DNA of 36,395 nt from Sporopachydermia quercuum (lineage: Eukaryota), in the NCBI GenBank assembly GCA_001599295.1, contig BCGN01000007.1, positions 1,291,791-1,328,185 on the forward strand, in the 5' to 3' direction. Positions 33,421 through 36,395 of this stretch are shown here, in pieces. Each line of letters starts with the position of its first letter. Position 1 is the stretch's first letter. The notes below the pieces were generated by a model. The model was not told the origin of the DNA. It searched no databases and saw only the letters and a list, made by a program, of their open reading frames with translations. Position numbers and translations under genes: made by a program.

Positions 33421-34340
33421 AAACCGGACAGATACTACTCATGGTGAATCAAAGAGAAGTGATTGATGTTGGTTTTATCCTCATGACTTGAATGAATATA
33501 TACTACTTGCTATGTATATCAAGGCTTTATTTCGGAATAACTCGAGATATCTGTCCGAAACGTTAAACAGTATCCCAAATGAAGGAGTTTCGGCATCAAG
33601 GTTCGCTCCTGAACACCGAAGAACTGATTTCGAAAACAGACCTGAAGAATTCCGTAGGCGGCATGAAGATGCTCAAGTAGGAATCAGAATGGCTAATCAA
33701 CATGAATTTTTGAGGAAGAGAAGAGATTTGTAAAGTCATGATATCAACACTGACCATAAATCTTATAGTGAGGAAGTTAGATACAGCCACATCAGCTAGA
33801 CTTCAACTGCACCCTCTCATAATGCAAAGAATGGCTTAAACATATTTTTCACACAGACATGACAGATTTCAATCAGAGGTTGACTGAAACAGGGAAAAAT
33901 CCATGTTAAAGAAACGAAGAAAATGACTTTCTCGGAAATGAGTTTCTGCACTCGCCCTTGTTATTTCCTTCCCATGCATATCAGTGACTATGATGTAGGA
34001 AAGGGAGACATCGGTGATCTTCAAAGTTAATGTACTCCAAATAGTATATTTACCTTATCACAAGGGGAATTCACGTTTGAAACTGCTTAGTTAACTTTAA
34101 GAAGGCAGGTTTTATTGCATCGCCGTAGTCTTTACGTTTTTTAGTTAGTCTTTTATCCACATCTCAAGAGGTAGCAATCTTCAACACAGCAGCACTCAAT
34201 ACGTTTGAAACTATGCGATCGATAGTGTTGTACTAACCCCAAGACATACTTACGCAACAGCTTATTGATACGTATCAAACTCATACATTTATTAAATGAA
34301 AAAATAACAATTCAATAAGAATACTTAAGCAAACTCTATC

Positions 34341-35594
34341 TTATGATGATCTCAAGATATTTATGGCTTCTTCCACGTGTTCATCCTGGTCCTGCATCCA
34401 CAACCACGGGAATTGCTTACTGAGTCGCTCTGCTACCTTAGCACGGTCATCCAGATAGCCATCTAGTTCAAAATCGTAAAGTTGACCACATTCCCTACTA
34501 CCCTTCACCACTCTCGATGCCCTTGGTCTTCGAACAGTGTCAAATGCCTTAAATACTCTAACAATATCACTAGTATCCTTCACTGACGGATCATTGAGCA
34601 AATGACTCAAAACCATAGAATCTTCAATTGCCTGGCCCGCACCTGCACCTTGGTGTGGTGAAGTACCATGTGCAGCATCACCAATTATTAAGATNCTTCC
34701 CTTGTAATAAGTTTCAGCGCTTGGTGTATCAAAAATAGCCCATACCTGAGTTTGCTCCATGAGATTGACAATCTTGGTAACAGGTTCACCCCAGCCAGCA
34801 TAGTCCTTCAGTAGTCTCTCTCCAGAAAACTTTGCAATCCACTCTCCCTCCCATTTCTCTTGGGTTTTGAAAGCAACGATATTCAAAGTTTTACCATGTT
34901 CTATTGGGAATGTCAGAATATGCCCATTATGTCCAAGGTACATCTGTGAGTTTCTCGCGAACTCATCTCCAATTGCTGCGACTGCAACTTCCATTGGAAT
35001 CAATCCCCTATAAGCATACTTATGGCTGAACGTTGGCTCTCTGTTCTCGGGTTCCACTACTACTTTTCTTAAAACAGACTTTATACCATCACAACCAACA
35101 ACTGCATCTGCGATATGACTAGTTCCATCACTAAAATACAAAGTGACAGGCCCGTCACCGTTCGCTGATTCTTCAACACGCTCTAATCTCTTTTGGAAAT
35201 GGACCAACTCAGGGGGAAAATTTTCAACCAATGAACTTAAGAACCTTGCCCGGTGAACACTATTCTGACCGTAAACAGGACATATAACACTTTGGATTAA
35301 CTCAGGATTCCCTTNTCCCATTCGAAAATCAAAGTACACTTCCTTCTTCTCAGTCCATCCATTGTAGGTAACATTCTTCTCAAAAGCTTTTTCTACATCT
35401 TCGGAAATTCTCTTCATTGCCTCGACTGCGTTCATACCAAATGAAACTCCAGCACCAATCTCCTTGAATTCAGAGGCCTGTTCAAACATGTCTACTTCGA
35501 TCCCTCTACTCAACAGCCCCATAGCCAACGTGACACCAGCTATTCCACCTCCTACTATAGCTAATTTCAACTGCTTTCTTGACGAATTAGTCAT
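34341..35594 (-). CDS. Group A FAD-dependent monooxygenase, salicylate hydroxylase-like
   Basis: Rossmann GGGIAG, EIGAGV, DG motif VGCDGIKS, YAYRGLIP and GD motif IGDAAHGTSPHQGAGAGQAIED. First ATG is at 35594 (about 417 aa); intronless. Confidence 0.88.
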   Translation of the reverse strand: MTNSSRKQLKLAIVGGGIAGVTLAMGLLSRGIEVDMFEQASEFKEIGAGVSFGMNAVEAMKRISEDVEKAFEKNVTYNGWTEKKEVYFDFRMGXGNPELIQSVICPVYGQNSVHRARFLSSLVENFPPELVHFQKRLERVEESANGDGPVTLYFSDGTSHIADAVVGCDGIKSVLRKVVVEPENREPTFSHKYAYRGLIPMEVAVAAIGDEFARNSQMYLGHNGHILTFPIEHGKTLNIVAFKTQEKWEGEWIAKFSGERLLKDYAGWGEPVTKIVNLMEQTQVWAIFDTPSAETYYKGXILIIGDAAHGTSPHQGAGAGQAIEDSMVLSHLLNDPSVKDTSDIVRVFKAFDTVRRPRASRVVKGSRECGQLYDFELDGYLDDRAKVAERLSKQFPWLWMQDQDEHVEEAINILRSS

Positions 35595-35713
35595 AACTAC
35601 TGATCCTATCACTGCAATATCTAGTTTCTGAATGAAGCTTGAGCTCGAGATATGTCTTAGAGACTCAATAAATCTCGATTCTAGTATTAAAAATAAAATC
35701 GCACAATATAAGT

Positions 35714-35741
35714 AAAATCAAAATCAAAATCAAAATCAAAA
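35714..35741. repeat. (AAAATC)4+ microsatellite upstream of the monooxygenase
   Basis: aaaatc aaaatc aaaatc aaaatc aaaa. Confidence 0.75.
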
Positions 35742-36300
35742 GGCCCACCCACAAGCACAAGAAATACAGATGCAGACAAGCTCCGTCTTATATGTGATTT
35801 CGATATTTCAATAGACCCACAAGTTAAGGATAGACATATTCGGATACATATTCAACAGCAGGTGATCGTATAGTTAATAAGGTGTATATTAATGAGCCAA
35901 TCATACCAGGACCCAACTTTGTTGTTGGAAGCACGTAGCCGATAGTTTCTCTGTGTTCCAATTCAGGGCTTGATAATGATTTGTTCTCTTCTATTTACAT
36001 ACCTTTTGGTCTGGCTTCCATAGATTCAGAGACAGTTTAGCCAATGTATGAAAACCGAAATGATGCTACCCCAAAGTACGAGATTAGAATTCGAGCAAAT
36101 CTAATTAATATACGAGATTTGTATCGTATCGGATAGCTGACAAGCTTTTTCGGAAGTGCAGTCATGAAAACCTTAAAAGAGTCTACGTTAATTATTATAG
36201 CCGAATCCATAACGTTTTCGCAAACATATAATAGCATAAAACTAAGGAGTGCAATACATAATAATCACTCTAAATTAAGAAACATACGATTCAAACATAT

Positions 36301-36395
36301 GAGGTAGTTGGGAGGTAGTTGGGAGGTAGTTGGGAGGTAGTTGGGAGGTAGTTGGGAGGTAGTTGGGAGGTAGTTGGGAGGTAGTTGGGAGGTAG
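36301..36395 (+). repeat. Telomeric tandem repeat, 11-bp unit GAGGTAGTTGG (= TTGGGAGGTAG), about 8.6 perfect copies
   Basis: Perfect array running to the last base. The G-rich, C-free strand is oriented 5'->3' toward the end, as expected for a telomerase product. Confidence 0.88.

Noticed and set aside
33330..33500. RTCACGTG as CDEI of a point centromere
   Set aside because: No adjacent approximately 80-bp very AT-rich CDEII with a correctly placed CDEIII; the site is about 3 kb from a telomere.
33488..33790. Short ORFs (81 aa on +, 64 aa on -) between PRP28 and the monooxygenase
   Set aside because: Non-ATG starts, no recognisable domain and no convincing splice signals.
1530..35314. Scattered single N bases
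   Set aside because: Isolated ambiguous calls that preserve reading frames; most likely sequencing or consensus ambiguity.
36301..36395. CRISPR-like array
   Set aside because: Contiguous tandem repeats with no spacers, in a eukaryotic context.

Overview
Eukaryotic (budding-yeast-like, Saccharomycotina-type) chromosome end. The window carries 10 protein genes: a 5'-truncated APSES transcription factor, GCN1, a CTH1/CTH2/TIS11-type tandem CCCH zinc finger, a 3-exon riboflavin kinase (FMN1), an Ecm27/Ycx1-like Ca2+/cation exchanger, PRP39, a 3-exon HEM3, a 3-exon CWC2, PRP28 and a terminal salicylate-hydroxylase-like FAD monooxygenase. It ends in a perfect 11-bp G-rich tandem array, (GAGGTAGTTGG)n, with the position and orientation of a telomere. 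CTG codons fall at conserved Leu positions, so the organism is probably not from the CUG-Ser clade. Main observations: (i) the 11-mer telomere repeat, which joins unique sequence abruptly with almost no subtelomere; (ii) the spliceosomal introns fold back on themselves so that the donor lies next to the branch point, and the two long introns of cofactor genes (FMN1, HEM3) contain large structured domains and cryptic splice signals; (iii) three perfect AREs and a long hairpin downstream of the ARE-binding CTH-like gene; (iv) three spliceosome genes within about 9 kb. All base pairings were found by eye; no folding program or database search was run.
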